Assembly: GCA_007376285.1 (NCBI GenBank)
Contig: VMFZ01000001.1
Location: 11,033-75,032, forward strand
Direction: 5' to 3'
Length of the DNA stretch: 64,000 bases
Origin: Parcubacteria group bacterium Gr01-1014_17
GTDB lineage: Bacteria > Patescibacteriota > Minisyncoccia > Phycocordibacterales > UBA10002
Both the position numbers and the translations under genes were made by a program. Under the pieces are notes generated by a model. It was given only the letters and a program-made list of their open reading frames with translations. It searched no databases and had not been told where the DNA came from. This document shows positions 1 through 11,700 of this stretch, one piece after another (position 1 is the stretch's first letter; every line of letters starts with the position of its first letter).

Positions 1-20
1 TTATCTTAACATAATCTACT

Positions 21-293
21 ATGGCACATAAAAAAGCCGGCGGTTCGGCAAAAAATCTAACAAAACGAAACCCGCAATTCCTAGGCACGAAACTCTATGG
101 TGGCGAGGCGGCGCGTATTGGAAATATTATTGTGCGCCAGCGCGGCACGAAAATTATTCCGGGTAGGAACACCGGACTCGGCAAAGACCATACCATTTTT
201 GCATTGAAAGACGGCACGGTTGCATTCAAAGACAAACGCAAAACCCGCTACGACGGCAGTATTGTCGTCCGCAAAGTGGCCGAAGTTATTTAG
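21..293 (+). CDS. rpmA: 50S ribosomal protein L27
   Basis: 90 aa; N-terminal MAHKKAGGS...NLTKRN and GRD-type core typical of bL27. Confidence 0.93.
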   Translation: MAHKKAGGSAKNLTKRNPQFLGTKLYGGEAARIGNIIVRQRGTKIIPGRNTGLGKDHTIFALKDGTVAFKDKRKTRYDGSIVVRKVAEVI

Positions 294-729
294 CGGTAAC
301 GACAACTGTACACGCACCTTTTGCATCTCCTGCAACAATTTCAATTGTGTGCTCGCCCACTGTTTTAATAGGATGCGCGGATTTAAGAAACTCTGGCGAT
401 ACGACGATGCCAGTTTTTTCTTTTATTGCCTTCGTGATTTCGCTTTCGTGAATAGCGGCAAAAAGGTGCCCTTGTTCATTTGCTTTTGCAGAAATCTCTA
501 CACGAACACCCTCAAGCGTTTTAAGATTTCTCGAGAGTGTTTCTGCGCTCGCGACTTTGTTTTCTTCGGAAAATTTGCGCGCCGCTTCGGCGCGCGTTAC
601 CGCGGAAGCCGTTGCGGCTTCTGCTAGGCGGCGCGGAATTAGGGAGTTCTGCGCAAAGCCGTCTGCGACATTTTTCACCTCCCATTTTTTCCCGACTTTC
701 GTGACATCTTGAAGTAAGATAACTTTCAT
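286..729 (-). CDS. rplI: 50S ribosomal protein L9
   Basis: 147 aa; [26 protein letters not shown]-domain motif of bL9. Confidence 0.9.
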   Translation of the reverse strand: MKVILLQDVTKVGKKWEVKNVADGFAQNSLIPRRLAEAATASAVTRAEAARKFSEENKVASAETLSRNLKTLEGVRVEISAKANEQGHLFAAIHESEITKAIKEKTGIVVSPEFLKSAHPIKTVGEHTIEIVAGDAKGACTVVVTAK

Positions 730-2000
730 AAATTCAGTAATTGTATCGCCTTATCCATCTGCGGGTCGCGACTTTTTTCTATATCCTCTTGCGTGAGCGC
801 AACTTCCACATCCGGCGTGAGCCCGTTTTTGGAAATAGAAACGCCGTTTGGAGTGAGCCATCGCGCAATTGTTACTTTAAGCGCCGTGTCAGGCGTTACA
901 TTCACCAGTTCTTGCACGCTCCCCTTCCCAAATGTCTTAACGCCAACGAGTTTTGCAATTCCATGCTCGCGCAAAGCACCGGCAAGAATTTCCGACGCTG
1001 ACGCTGAACCAGCATTCACTAGTATCGCCATTTTTAGATTTTTGTTGAATACATCATATCCATGGCTCCGATACACGCGATTCTCTCCATTGCCTCCATG
1101 GTCTTCCGTTACAATCGTCTCTCCGACAGGCAAAAAGAAACTGGCGAGGTCAACGGCAACTTCCAAAAAACCGCCTGGATTGCCACGCAAGTCAATTATG
1201 AGCTTCGTAGAGCGGCTTACGATGAAATCGCGGAGCGCATCGCGAAACATTTGCGGAGCCGCCGATGAGAAATTGTAGAGCTTGATGACAAACACACCGT
1301 TCTCGCGCAATCCGTTCCCTTGCGCAGTCGTGGTCGATGTATCTCCCGCTTTTTTCGGAGACGCCTTAAACTCTGTGTCAATTGTCGGAATCGTAATAAT
1401 ATCGCGCGTAACTGACACTTCGAACGGCGCGCGTTTGCCGTTTCGAATAATAGTTAGCCGCACGGCAGTGCCTTTCTTGCCGCGAATCAAGCGCACTGCT
1501 TGTTCCGTTTTAAGCCCTGCGGTTACCGTATCGTCAATTTTGATAATTTTGTCTCCCGGCTGGAGCCCCGCGGCGGCGGCCGGAGTGCCTTTCAGTGGTG
1601 CCACAATTACAATCACGCCATCGCGCGAATCAATTTCCATTCCGACGCCCTCAAAACTTCCGTTGATTTCGCTCTGAAACATTGCGGCTTCCTCTGGCGG
1701 CATAAACACGGTGTATGGGTCTTTAAGCGACGCGGCAAGACCTTCAATCGCTCCCCATACTTTTTCCTGCGATGTGGTAGTCGCATTCCCCACATACTTT
1801 TCATTCAAAACATTCCACGCTTTCCAAAACGGCGCGAAGTCGGTCTCGGCGGGTATTCCTTCTGTTTTGTTCGCAAGCTCAACCGCCTTTTCAATCGCCG
1901 GTCGGCGCGTCTCGCCAAACTTCGCTCCTGCAAAAAACAGCGCCGCCGCGAGCACGAGCGCAAACGCATACTGCGCCCCGCGATTCTTCTTTTGTTCCAT
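726..2000 (-). CDS. C-terminal processing (tail-specific) peptidase, S41 family, PDZ-containing
   Basis: PDZ-like GLQPGDKIIKID and S41 core LIIDLRGNPGGFL; N-terminal signal/TM segment. Confidence 0.85.
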   Translation of the reverse strand: MEQKKNRGAQYAFALVLAAALFFAGAKFGETRRPAIEKAVELANKTEGIPAETDFAPFWKAWNVLNEKYVGNATTTSQEKVWGAIEGLAASLKDPYTVFMPPEEAAMFQSEINGSFEGVGMEIDSRDGVIVIVAPLKGTPAAAAGLQPGDKIIKIDDTVTAGLKTEQAVRLIRGKKGTAVRLTIIRNGKRAPFEVSVTRDIITIPTIDTEFKASPKKAGDTSTTTAQGNGLRENGVFVIKLYNFSSAAPQMFRDALRDFIVSRSTKLIIDLRGNPGGFLEVAVDLASFFLPVGETIVTEDHGGNGENRVYRSHGYDVFNKNLKMAILVNAGSASASEILAGALREHGIAKLVGVKTFGKGSVQELVNVTPDTALKVTIARWLTPNGVSISKNGLTPDVEVALTQEDIEKSRDPQMDKAIQLLNL

Positions 2001-2041
2001 AGCGCTCTATTGTCGCAAAAAACCAAATGTAAGTCAAAAAA

Positions 2042-3247
2042 TTAATAGCTTTTCAATTTCTTCGCCTTATCGTGTTGTCGGATTTTTTCGTGCGCTTTCG
2101 CCTCAATTTGGCGAATGCGTTCGCGTGTGACGCCGAACTTTCCTCCAACCTCTTCTAAAGTGTGTGTGATGCCGTCGGTCAACCCATGCCGCATTTCCAA
2201 AATGCGGCGCTCTTTTTCCGATAATTCCCCCAAAATCTCGCGCACCTGGTCGCGCAAAATCCGACGCGATGACTCGTGGTCGGGCGAGAGAATTTTGTCA
2301 TCCGCCACAAAGTCGCCCAGGGTTGAGCGGTCGCTGTCACCGTCGTCGCCGACGGGCGTTTCCAGTGAGAGCGTGTCTTGGTCTATTTTTTCAATTTGGT
2401 ACACCTTCTCTGTTTCAATTCCCATTTCAGTCGCAATTTCTTCTGGCAACGGGTCGCGCCCTAAATCCATAGAAAGCCGGCGAAACACTTGCTTGTATTT
2501 TGAAATCGTTTCCACCATATGCACCGGCACGCGAATGGTGCGCGACTGGTCCGCAAGTGCGCGCGTAATCGCCTGCCGAATCCACCAGGTCGCGTAGGTG
2601 GAAAACTTATACCCTTTGGTCCAATCAAACTTTTCCACAGCCTTGAATAACCCTAGGTTACCTTCTTGAATCAAGTCAAGAAGCGTTAAATCAGGTGAGC
2701 GCCCAACATATTTTTTCGCAATAGAAACCACGAGCCGCAAGTTTGCTTTTGCAAGCAAGTTTTTCGCTTCAGTATCGCCGACCGCAATCCGCTTCGCCAA
2801 ATCCTTTTCTGCTTGTGCTCCGATAAGCGGGTACTGCCCGATTTCGCGGAGGTATATTTGAATTGAATCGTGCGATGAGCCGCTCTCTTCGTGCCTGCCG
2901 GCATACACAGGTTTTGCTGGAGCGCTTTCTGTCAAATTTAGCATTCCACCGCTTTCAAGCACATCCACGCCCGCCTGATGCAACCGTTCATACAGCGTAT
3001 CCAAAAAAAGAATATCTTCTTCTATATTAGGAAACTCGCGTAAAATCTCATCGTAGGTTACAAATCCGCGTTCCTTGCCCTTTGCCAAAAGGCGCTCCGC
3101 GCGCGCGCCACCATCTTTCTTGCGCGCCTGCGCTTTCGTCGGTGCCGAGCGCCGCCGCGCAGGCGTGCTCCTTTTTGCGTGCTTTCGTGTGGGGCGCGCC
3201 TTCTTTTTTAGGTGTTTTTTATTCGTCTTCTTCGCTTTTTTCATCAT
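2042..3247 (-). CDS. rpoD: RNA polymerase sigma-70 factor RpoD
   Basis: [13 protein letters not shown] region 2.4 motif, regions 3 and 4 present; directly downstream of dnaG (classic dnaG-rpoD pair). Confidence 0.95.
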   Translation of the reverse strand: MMKKAKKTNKKHLKKKARPTRKHAKRSTPARRRSAPTKAQARKKDGGARAERLLAKGKERGFVTYDEILREFPNIEEDILFLDTLYERLHQAGVDVLESGGMLNLTESAPAKPVYAGRHEESGSSHDSIQIYLREIGQYPLIGAQAEKDLAKRIAVGDTEAKNLLAKANLRLVVSIAKKYVGRSPDLTLLDLIQEGNLGLFKAVEKFDWTKGYKFSTYATWWIRQAITRALADQSRTIRVPVHMVETISKYKQVFRRLSMDLGRDPLPEEIATEMGIETEKVYQIEKIDQDTLSLETPVGDDGDSDRSTLGDFVADDKILSPDHESSRRILRDQVREILGELSEKERRILEMRHGLTDGITHTLEEVGGKFGVTRERIRQIEAKAHEKIRQHDKAKKLKSY

Positions 3248-3271
3248 AAAAAATGATTATAGCACAAACCA

Positions 3272-4993
3272 CTATGCCGATGAAGCACGCTTAATTTCCT
3301 CAATCCGCATACGAAGCGATTGAAGTTGCGTCAGAAGTTCCATTCGGCGCGCTTCGTCGGCAGTTCCTCGTTCCGTAACGGTAAGTTCGTTAAGTATTTT
3401 TGCGGATTTTCTTTCTAATTCTTCCTTTTCAATATGAAACAGTAGCACACGCACTTCTTTTTCAAGAGACGGCACCTCGGCGAATCGCGCTTCTGCTTCA
3501 AAAATATGCGTATCTCGCTCGTTTTCCCCGAGTGCCGAAAGCAATAATGAGAGTTTTCCTGAAATTGCGTTTATCTCTTCTTTTAATTTCTCCGTATCAA
3601 CTTTTCGCTCTCCCTCTGGAAGTTTCTCTTGCCAAAATATAATACCGGCAAGAAGACGAACTGCTTCTGGAACAGCGTTCCCGACTTTGTTTGTTGGGAG
3701 TTGGTTGTTGGGAGTTGGTTGTTGCACCGGCAAACGCTTCAAATCATCCCAAACCGCATCCTCGCGCACCTCAAGCGCTCCCGCAATTTCCTTCACAAAT
3801 TCCGCGCGCTCAATTGCGCTCTTGATGTCGCGTACAAACGGGAGCACTTCGTCGCGCAAAAGGCGCGCGCGCTCCCGCCCTGTTTTCGCGCGCGTAAGCG
3901 CGCGCTCAAAAAGAAACCGCACAAAATGCATACTGTTTTTAATCCCATGTGCAAAATCCGCCGGATTTTTCCAAATGATATCCGCTGGGTCTTTTCCGCC
4001 AGAGAGCGCCGCGATTTTCACCGCCATTCCCTTTTGCAGTGCCGCAGAAACCGCGCGGAGCGCTGCCTTTTCCCCAGCCGCATCCACATCGTATGCAAGC
4101 AGAAGATTTTCAGAAAACCGCCGCAGAAGATCTAAATGTTCGTGAGTCAGCGCTGTGCCGGATGCCGCGACTGCATTTTCAAACCCCGCCTGATGGCACA
4201 TAATCAAATCCACTTGACCTTCTACCAAAAGCGCGTAGCCGCGCTCGCGAATCTTGTGTTTTGCGCGGTGGATGCCGTAGAGCGCCGACGACTTGCGCCA
4301 CACTTCCGTCTCGGGCGAATTCACATATTTCGGAGTACCCTCTTCTTCTTTCCCAAAGATGCGCCCAGAGAACGCAATCACGCGACCTGCGGAATCAAAA
4401 ATCGGAAACATAATCCGATTGCGAAACACATCATATGGCTCGCCTTTTTTCTCAACCGACTGTTTAATAAGCCCCGCGCGAAAAAGCTCCTGCTCGGAAA
4501 ACTTTTTTGCAAGCAAATGCGCGCGAAGCGCGCGCCAAGAATCCGGCGCAAACCCAATGCGCCACATCTCTATAGTTTTAGGCAACACGCCGCGCTCAGT
4601 GAGATATTTGCGCGCGTCCGCGCGCAAAGCAAACTCTCCTTCAAAAAACCGTGTCGCTTCCTCAAGCGCTGCAAACAAACGGTCGCGGGCATCATTTTCT
4701 TGCGCGTGAAAGCGAGTAAGAGGCACACCAGCACGCTCGGCAAGAATTTTTAAGGCACCTTTGAAATCGACCCCCTCCATCTTTTCCACAAAAGAAAAGA
4801 TATCGCCTTTTTCCCCGCATCCAAAACAATAAAAAGAACCGCGCGATGTCGATACGAAAAACGACGCGGTCTTCTCGTGATGGAGCGGGCACTTTGCCTT
4901 CAAGTTCGCGCCAGCGCGCTCCAGCTTCAGATATGCTCCCACGACCTCTTCCGCTCCCAATCGCGCCTTTATTTCTTCAACAGGAGATGACAT
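3272..4993 (-). CDS. dnaG: DNA primase
   Basis: CHC2 zinc finger CPLHHEKTASF..FYCFGCGEKGD, TOPRIM core; 573 aa. Confidence 0.92.
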   Translation of the reverse strand: MSSPVEEIKARLGAEEVVGAYLKLERAGANLKAKCPLHHEKTASFFVSTSRGSFYCFGCGEKGDIFSFVEKMEGVDFKGALKILAERAGVPLTRFHAQENDARDRLFAALEEATRFFEGEFALRADARKYLTERGVLPKTIEMWRIGFAPDSWRALRAHLLAKKFSEQELFRAGLIKQSVEKKGEPYDVFRNRIMFPIFDSAGRVIAFSGRIFGKEEEGTPKYVNSPETEVWRKSSALYGIHRAKHKIRERGYALLVEGQVDLIMCHQAGFENAVAASGTALTHEHLDLLRRFSENLLLAYDVDAAGEKAALRAVSAALQKGMAVKIAALSGGKDPADIIWKNPADFAHGIKNSMHFVRFLFERALTRAKTGRERARLLRDEVLPFVRDIKSAIERAEFVKEIAGALEVREDAVWDDLKRLPVQQPTPNNQLPTNKVGNAVPEAVRLLAGIIFWQEKLPEGERKVDTEKLKEEINAISGKLSLLLSALGENERDTHIFEAEARFAEVPSLEKEVRVLLFHIEKEELERKSAKILNELTVTERGTADEARRMELLTQLQSLRMRIEEIKRASSA

Positions 4994-5011
4994 CGCACAT
5001 ACTATACCACT

Positions 5012-8000
5012 TTATTCTTTTTCTTCCACCGCCTCATACGCGGCTTCTTGCGCCGCGCGCCGCGCGGCGCGTTCGTTTTGCATCGCGGTAATGCGCGCGG
5101 TTTTGGGGCTGCCGGGAAAACCAGTGCCTGCGGGAATCAAACGGCCGATAATCACATTTTCCATAAGCCCCTGCAGGCGGTCCACGCTTCCGCGCGAAGC
5201 CGCGCTAATCAAGACGCGCGTCGTGTGCTGGAAAGACGCCGCGGCTAGGAAGTTGCGGCGTGAGAGCGACACTTCCGAAATACCCATCACTGCCGGTTCC
5301 GACTTTGCCTCACTTCCCCCACGCTTCACCACTTCCTCATTTTCCGCATCAAACTCGCGCTGGTCTACTATATCGTTTGCAGAGAAAGTCGTGTCGCCCG
5401 CGTCCTTCACCACAAGCCGCGAGAACATCTGACGGATAATCACTTCAATATGTTTGCGCGATACGCTCTCGCCCTGCAATTCGTACGGTTTTGAAATTTC
5501 CGCAATCAAATATTCCTGAGCGCGCTCCCTGCCTCCATATTTATACAGTTCGTCAATATCAGCTGAGCCGTCGGTCAATAAATCTCCACGCTTAACAATG
5601 CTCCCCACTTTCACTAAAGGCGTGCGACTCATACTGGTTTCATATTCCGCTACTTCGCTTTTTTTACCTTTTGCAGGTGCGTCGGGCATAAACACTATGA
5701 CACGATCTTTTCCGTCTTCTTTTATTTCAATTACCGTACCGTCCTCTGTAGCAATCACCGCTGGAATTTTTGGATGCCGCTTTTCAAACACTTCTTCAAC
5801 GCGCGGAAGCCCTTGCGTAATGTCGCCACCAACTGAGGCGGTACCGCCAGCATGGAAGGTGCGCATCGTCAGCTGGGTGCCCGGCTCGCCGATGGCTTGC
5901 GCCGCAATGGTCCCAACGGCTTCACCAAGAGCAATAATTCCGCCCTTGCCCAAATCCTCGCCGTAACAGCGCGCGCAAATACCGTGTCTTAGCGCACAAC
6001 GCAAGGGCGAGCGCACCCGAACTTCATTCACATGCGCTGCGTCCATAGAAAGGGCGTCTGACTTGGTAAGCAAATGCCCTTTTGAAAAAAGCTTTTCGCC
6101 GTCAGCACCTATAACATCAGCGGAAATCACTCGCCCTCGCGCGCTTTTTGCAAATGAAATCTCCATACCCGATGCGCCACCGCGGCTAATCACGATTGAT
6201 TCTTTGGTGCCACAATCCTCTTCGGTAATCACCGTGTCTTGCGCCACGACAAAAAGCTTGCGCGTCATATAGCCGGCCTTTGCGGTATTGAGCGCCGTGT
6301 CGGTCTGGCCTTTGCGCGCGCCGTGCGTCGTAATGAAATATTCAATCGGGGTGAGTCCTTGCTTCATAGACGACATAATCGGGATTTCAATCGTCTCCCC
6401 AGCCGTGTTCTGAATCAACCCCTTCATACCCACCATCTGCGTAATTTGCGAAAACGAACCGCGGGCGCCGGAATTTACCATGTCGTACACCGAGCCGTCT
6501 TTCGGCAAAGACGCGGGTATCAATTTTTCCACTTCATTTTTCGCCGCGTGCCATATTTCAATATTTTTCCGAATGCGTTCGCCTTCAGAAAGAAGCCCAT
6601 CGCCCCACTCCGAAAACACTCCGTCCGATTTCGCTTTTGCCTTTGCAATTACATCGCTCTTTTTCGCAGGCTCCAACACATCGTCAATACCCCAAGTTAC
6701 ACCCGACTTTGTCGCGTAGGAAAACCCGAACCCTTTTATCGCGTCCAATATTTCAGGGATGCGCGCACTTCCGTAACGCAAGATGAGGTCGTCCACCAGG
6801 GCTGCCATTCTCTTGCGGTCAACTCCTTCGTTAATAAACATATAGTCAGCAGGCAGTATTTCATTAAAGAAAATGCGTCCAGCGGTCGTCTCAAAAAATG
6901 CTCCAGTAAACGCCGCGTATTTCGGCCCTTCCTGCACACGAACTTTGATGGATGCGCGGTGGTCGATAATGTCGTGTTGGAGTGCGGCGATAACCTCTGT
7001 TGAATCGTTAAAATATAAACCGTTACCTCGTGCATTCGGTAATGCTTTTGTCACCCAATATACGCCGAGTATCATATCCAACCTATCTACTGATGCGACC
7101 ACATTACCACTTCCCGGCTTAAAGATATTTTTATCCGCCGCCATAAACTCGCGCGCCTCTAATTGCGCCTCATCCGACAAAGGCACATGCACCGCCATTT
7201 GGTCGCCGTCAAAGTCGGCATTAAACGCAGAACAGACGAGCGGATGTACTTGAATGGCGCTGCCTTCAATCAAGACCGGCTGAAACGCTTGAATGCCGAG
7301 CCTGTGCAAAGTCGGCGCGCGGTTCAATAGTACATATTTGCCGCGCGTGACTTCTTCCAAAATTGCCCACACTTCCGGAATTTGGTCTTCAATAAGCCGC
7401 CCCGCGCCGCGGATGTTGAACGCAAGTTCGCGCTTGATAAGCTCCGAGAGTACGAACGGGCGAAAGAGTTCCAGCGCCATATTTTTCGGCAAGCCGCACT
7501 GGTGGAGCTTGAGCTCCGGACCAACGACAATCACCGAGCGTCCAGAATAATCCACGCGTTTTCCCAAAAGATTTTGGCGGAAGAGACCGCGCTTCCCTTT
7601 CAAATTGTCGGCAAGCGACTTCAACTGGCGGCGCGCCGCCGGCCCTGTGCCGCCAGATGAGCTGTGTCGTATGGAATTATCTATGAGAGAATCAACCGCT
7701 TCCTGCAAAATGCGCTTTTCGTTGCGCAAAATAACTTCCGGCGCGTTTATTTCCTTCAATTTCTTCAAACGGTTGTTGCGGTTGATGACGCGGCGGTACA
7801 AATCGTTCACATCAGAAGTCGCATATCGGCCACCGTCCAAAGGCACCATCGGCCGTAGACCTGGCGGAATCACCGGAATGCGTGAAAGGAACATCCACTC
7901 GGGACGTATATCGGAAGCAATCATGCCACGCACGAGCGCCAAACGACGCGAAAGCCGCTCGCGCTCGCCGGCGCCGGCTTTTTCCTGCGCCGCTTCCAAT

Positions 8001-8710
8001 TCTACGCGAAGCGTTTCCAAATCAACATTTTTACACAAATTGTAAATCGCTTCCGCACCAATTTCCGCTTCAAAGCACGCACCGTATCGCATTGAGTAAC
8101 TATGGAACGACACCTCGTCCAACACGAGCCCGGGAACGATGCCGTCAATTTCGCGTTTCGCGCCAAGAAATCGCTCCTTGAGCGCTTCTTTTGTCTTCTC
8201 GTCGCCGAGCGACTTCACTTTTGTTTTGTATTCCGCATCAAGTTCTTTCAGAAGACGGCCGCGCTCCGCGTCGTTTACGCGCGTTACCAAGTATCCGGCA
8301 AAATAAATTACCCTTTCAACATCCAAAGAGGTCATACCGAGAAAAAGCGACAGTCGCGAAGGCAAACCGCGCAAAAACCAAATGTGGGACACCGGAGAGG
8401 CGAGGTCAATGTGCCCCATGCGTTCACGCCGTACGACCGCGCGCGTCAATTCCACGCCGCACTTTTCGCACACAATACCCTTGAAGCGGATGCCGCGGTA
8501 CTTTCCGCAATAGCATTCATAATCCTTTTCCGGACCAAAAATCTTTTCGTCAAAAAGCCCGTTGCGTTCGCTCCGTTGTGTGCGGTAGTTGATGGTCTCG
8601 GGCTTCGTTACCTCTCCTTGCGACCACTCTTTGATGCGCTCGGGTGAGGCAAGCCCGATGCGCACCGCGTCGAAGTCCAGAGGAATGCTTGATATTTGTG
8701 GACGGAACAT
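5012..8710 (-). CDS. rpoC: DNA-directed RNA polymerase subunit beta'
   Basis: 1232 aa; catalytic NADFDGDQMAVHVP motif, zinc-binding Cys clusters. Confidence 0.98.
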   Translation of the reverse strand: MFRPQISSIPLDFDAVRIGLASPERIKEWSQGEVTKPETINYRTQRSERNGLFDEKIFGPEKDYECYCGKYRGIRFKGIVCEKCGVELTRAVVRRERMGHIDLASPVSHIWFLRGLPSRLSLFLGMTSLDVERVIYFAGYLVTRVNDAERGRLLKELDAEYKTKVKSLGDEKTKEALKERFLGAKREIDGIVPGLVLDEVSFHSYSMRYGACFEAEIGAEAIYNLCKNVDLETLRVELEAAQEKAGAGERERLSRRLALVRGMIASDIRPEWMFLSRIPVIPPGLRPMVPLDGGRYATSDVNDLYRRVINRNNRLKKLKEINAPEVILRNEKRILQEAVDSLIDNSIRHSSSGGTGPAARRQLKSLADNLKGKRGLFRQNLLGKRVDYSGRSVIVVGPELKLHQCGLPKNMALELFRPFVLSELIKRELAFNIRGAGRLIEDQIPEVWAILEEVTRGKYVLLNRAPTLHRLGIQAFQPVLIEGSAIQVHPLVCSAFNADFDGDQMAVHVPLSDEAQLEAREFMAADKNIFKPGSGNVVASVDRLDMILGVYWVTKALPNARGNGLYFNDSTEVIAALQHDIIDHRASIKVRVQEGPKYAAFTGAFFETTAGRIFFNEILPADYMFINEGVDRKRMAALVDDLILRYGSARIPEILDAIKGFGFSYATKSGVTWGIDDVLEPAKKSDVIAKAKAKSDGVFSEWGDGLLSEGERIRKNIEIWHAAKNEVEKLIPASLPKDGSVYDMVNSGARGSFSQITQMVGMKGLIQNTAGETIEIPIMSSMKQGLTPIEYFITTHGARKGQTDTALNTAKAGYMTRKLFVVAQDTVITEEDCGTKESIVISRGGASGMEISFAKSARGRVISADVIGADGEKLFSKGHLLTKSDALSMDAAHVNEVRVRSPLRCALRHGICARCYGEDLGKGGIIALGEAVGTIAAQAIGEPGTQLTMRTFHAGGTASVGGDITQGLPRVEEVFEKRHPKIPAVIATEDGTVIEIKEDGKDRVIVFMPDAPAKGKKSEVAEYETSMSRTPLVKVGSIVKRGDLLTDGSADIDELYKYGGRERAQEYLIAEISKPYELQGESVSRKHIEVIIRQMFSRLVVKDAGDTTFSANDIVDQREFDAENEEVVKRGGSEAKSEPAVMGISEVSLSRRNFLAAASFQHTTRVLISAASRGSVDRLQGLMENVIIGRLIPAGTGFPGSPKTARITAMQNERAARRAAQEAAYEAVEEKE

Positions 8711-8740
8711 ATTTTTTAAATATTTAAATCTTTAAATTTC

Positions 8741-11700
8741 TTAAGAACGGGTGCGGGGACGGGAACGAGGACGCAAACCAGCATCATTGTCGCCTTTCTT
8801 ACCGCCCTGCAAATCAGCATCAAGCGCAAGCCCGCGCAAGTTGTTCAAAAGCACGCTGAAAGATGCCGGCACGCCGCTGTAGGAAATCGGCTCGCCTTTG
8901 ACAATTGAATCAAATGCCGCGGCGCGTCCCGGAATGTCGTCAGACTTGATGGTAAGCATCTCGCGCAAGGTGTACGCCGCGCCGTGCCCCAAAAGCGCCC
9001 ACACTTCCATTTCACCGAAACGCTGACCTCCGCCTTGCGCTTTGCCGCCGAGCGGCTGTTGGGTAATCATTGAATAAGGTCCTATGGAACGCATATGAAT
9101 TTTATCTTCCACCATATGGTGGAGCTTCATAATGTACATCGTGCCGACCGCGATGTCTTGCGCAAACGCCTCGCCCGTGCGGCCGTCGTGCAACTTCATT
9201 TTCCCGCTCCGCTGAAAACCCGCCTTCTCAAGTTCGTCTTTTATTTCTGCATCCGTCGCGCCAGCAAACGGCGGCACGATCGCTTGATAGCCGAGCGAGC
9301 CCGCGGCAAGCCCTAAGTGCAATTCCAAAATTTGCCCGAGGTTCATACGCGACGGAACGCCAAGCGGGGTAAGTATGAGGTCAATCGGAGTGCCATCTTC
9401 TGTAAACGGCATTTCCTCAACCGGCAGGATTTTTGAAATCACGCCTTTGTTGCCGTGCCGCCCCGCGAGCTTGTCGCCGACCGACACTTTCCGCAATTCC
9501 GCAACTTCAATATGAATGCGCTTCAAAATGCCGCTCTCCAATTTGTCGCCGTGCTCGCGCGAAAATACTTTCACGCTGATGATGCGTCCGCGCTTGCCAC
9601 CTTCCATACGCTTTGAAGTATCTTTCACATCGCGCGCTTTTTCTCCAAACAGCGAACGCAATAGCCGTTCTTCGGGCGTCAGCTGGGTTTCGCCTTTTGG
9701 CGTAATCTTGCCGACCAAAATATCTCCTGGGCGGACTTCTGCGCCGATGCATATCACACCGTCTTCATCAAGATTTTTGAGCTTCGCTTCTCCAACATTT
9801 GGAATATCGTGCGTCGTGATTTCGGGTCCGAGCTTAGTGTCGCGCACATTTACCACAAATTCTTCAATATGGATGGAGGTGAATTTACTCTCGCGCACTA
9901 ACCGTTCTGAAATGATAATTGCGTCTTCGTAGTTCGCACCTGCCCACGACATAAACGCAACAAGCACATTGTGTCCAAGCGCCATCTCTCCACCCTCGCT
10001 TGAAGAGGTATCTGCGAGAAGTCCTCCTTTCTTTACTTTGTCGCCTACGGACACCGCAGGCCTCTGATGAAACGCAGTAAAGCCGTTGGTCCGCTGGAAC
10101 GGCACAAGTGGGTACGAGCGTTCCTTTCCTTTCACATTTTTCACAGATACGCGCCGCGCGTCTACAAATGACACAACTCCTTCTTCTTCCGCAAGCACAA
10201 GGCGCCCGGTGTCGCGCGCCGCCTTGCCTTCAATGCCGGTAGCGACCAGAGGCGCCTCGGGCACGAGACATGGCGTCGCTTGCTTTTGCATGTTTGAACC
10301 CATCAGTGCGCGGTTCGCGTCATCGTGATTCAAAAACGGAATCATTGAGGTCGTAATGGAAAACGCCTGATTGGTCGCTACATCAATCAAATTCACATCA
10401 GTCGCACGCACCATCGCCGGCGCGCCGTTTACGCGCACTTCCAATTCTTGCTCAAGTAAGCGGCCGTGTTCGTCGCGGAGCGATGCCGCGTGCGCAATCT
10501 TGTGGCCCTCTTCTTCCGATGCGCCGAAATAAACAATCTCTTTAGTAATCACGCCATCTTTCACCCGCGCGTACGGTGTTTCAATCATACCGAACTCATT
10601 CAACCGCGCATAATTTGACAAACGCAAAATGAGTCCGATGCTTCCGCCCTCAGGTGTTTGGATGGGACACAACCGCCCGTAGTGCGATGGGTGCACATCG
10701 CGCACTTCAAACCCTGCGCGCTCGCGCGTCAGGCCTCCGGGTCCAAGAGCAGACACCGTACGCAAATGCTCAATTTCCGCGAGAATATTTTCCTGTTGCA
10801 TAAATTGCGACAACTGGTTGGTCGTGAAAAACTCACGAATCCGCGCCTGTAGGGGCTTTGGGGAAATGAACTGTGACGGGAGCGTTAGGTCGGATTCAAC
10901 TGTGGACATTCTGTCTTGCAAATTGCGCTTCATTTGCGTCATACCCACGCGCACTTTTTGCTCCAGAAGCTCGCCGACAAAGCGCACGCGCCGGCTTCCA
11001 AGGTGGTCAATATCGTCTTCCACAGCGCCCGGCGTGGTGGAAAGTTTTCCGACATGCGTAACGGCGGTTACCACATCATCAAGCGATAAAGTCATTCGTT
11101 CCGACTCTTTGTCGGTCATCAGTTTTTCGAACCGGCGATTAAAACGAAACCGCCCAACCTTGGAAAGGTTATACCGGTCAACATCAAAAATTGATTTCAC
11201 AAAAGTGCGCGCGGTATCTGGTGTGGCGATCTCGCCGTCGCGGAGACGCTTGTAAATTTCCAGATACGCTTGCGATACTTCTTTTGCGTGGTCTTTCGCA
11301 AGCGTGGCCGTGATAAAGGACTCCACTGCAGTGCCGGCAAAAAGCGCCTTGATTGCATCGTCGGTTTCCGCACCCAAAATACGGAATAAAGAAGAGAGCG
11401 GGAACTTGCGCTTGCGGTCAATGCGCACATAGATGGCTCCGTCAGGGTCGGTGTCTATCTCAATCCACGCGCCGCGCGCGGGCATAATCTTTGCGCCAAA
11501 ATATTTTTTACCCTTCGCTTCTTCCGCAGTAAAAAAGACACCGAACGAGCGCGCGAGTTGCGGCACGATGACGCGTTCAACACCGGAAATAACAAAAGTC
11601 CCATGGTTGGTCATTAGCGGCACATCCGACATAAAAATCTCCTGCTCTTTTTCGGTACCCGCGAGTTTGTTTTTCAACCGCACGACAGCTTTGATAGATG

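Noticed and set aside
5598-8647. Numerous 60-250-aa ORFs in alternative frames or antisense within rpoC/rpoB (e.g. 6239-7003, 8102-8647)
   Set aside because: GC-rich antisense artefacts inside highly conserved genes; no motifs.
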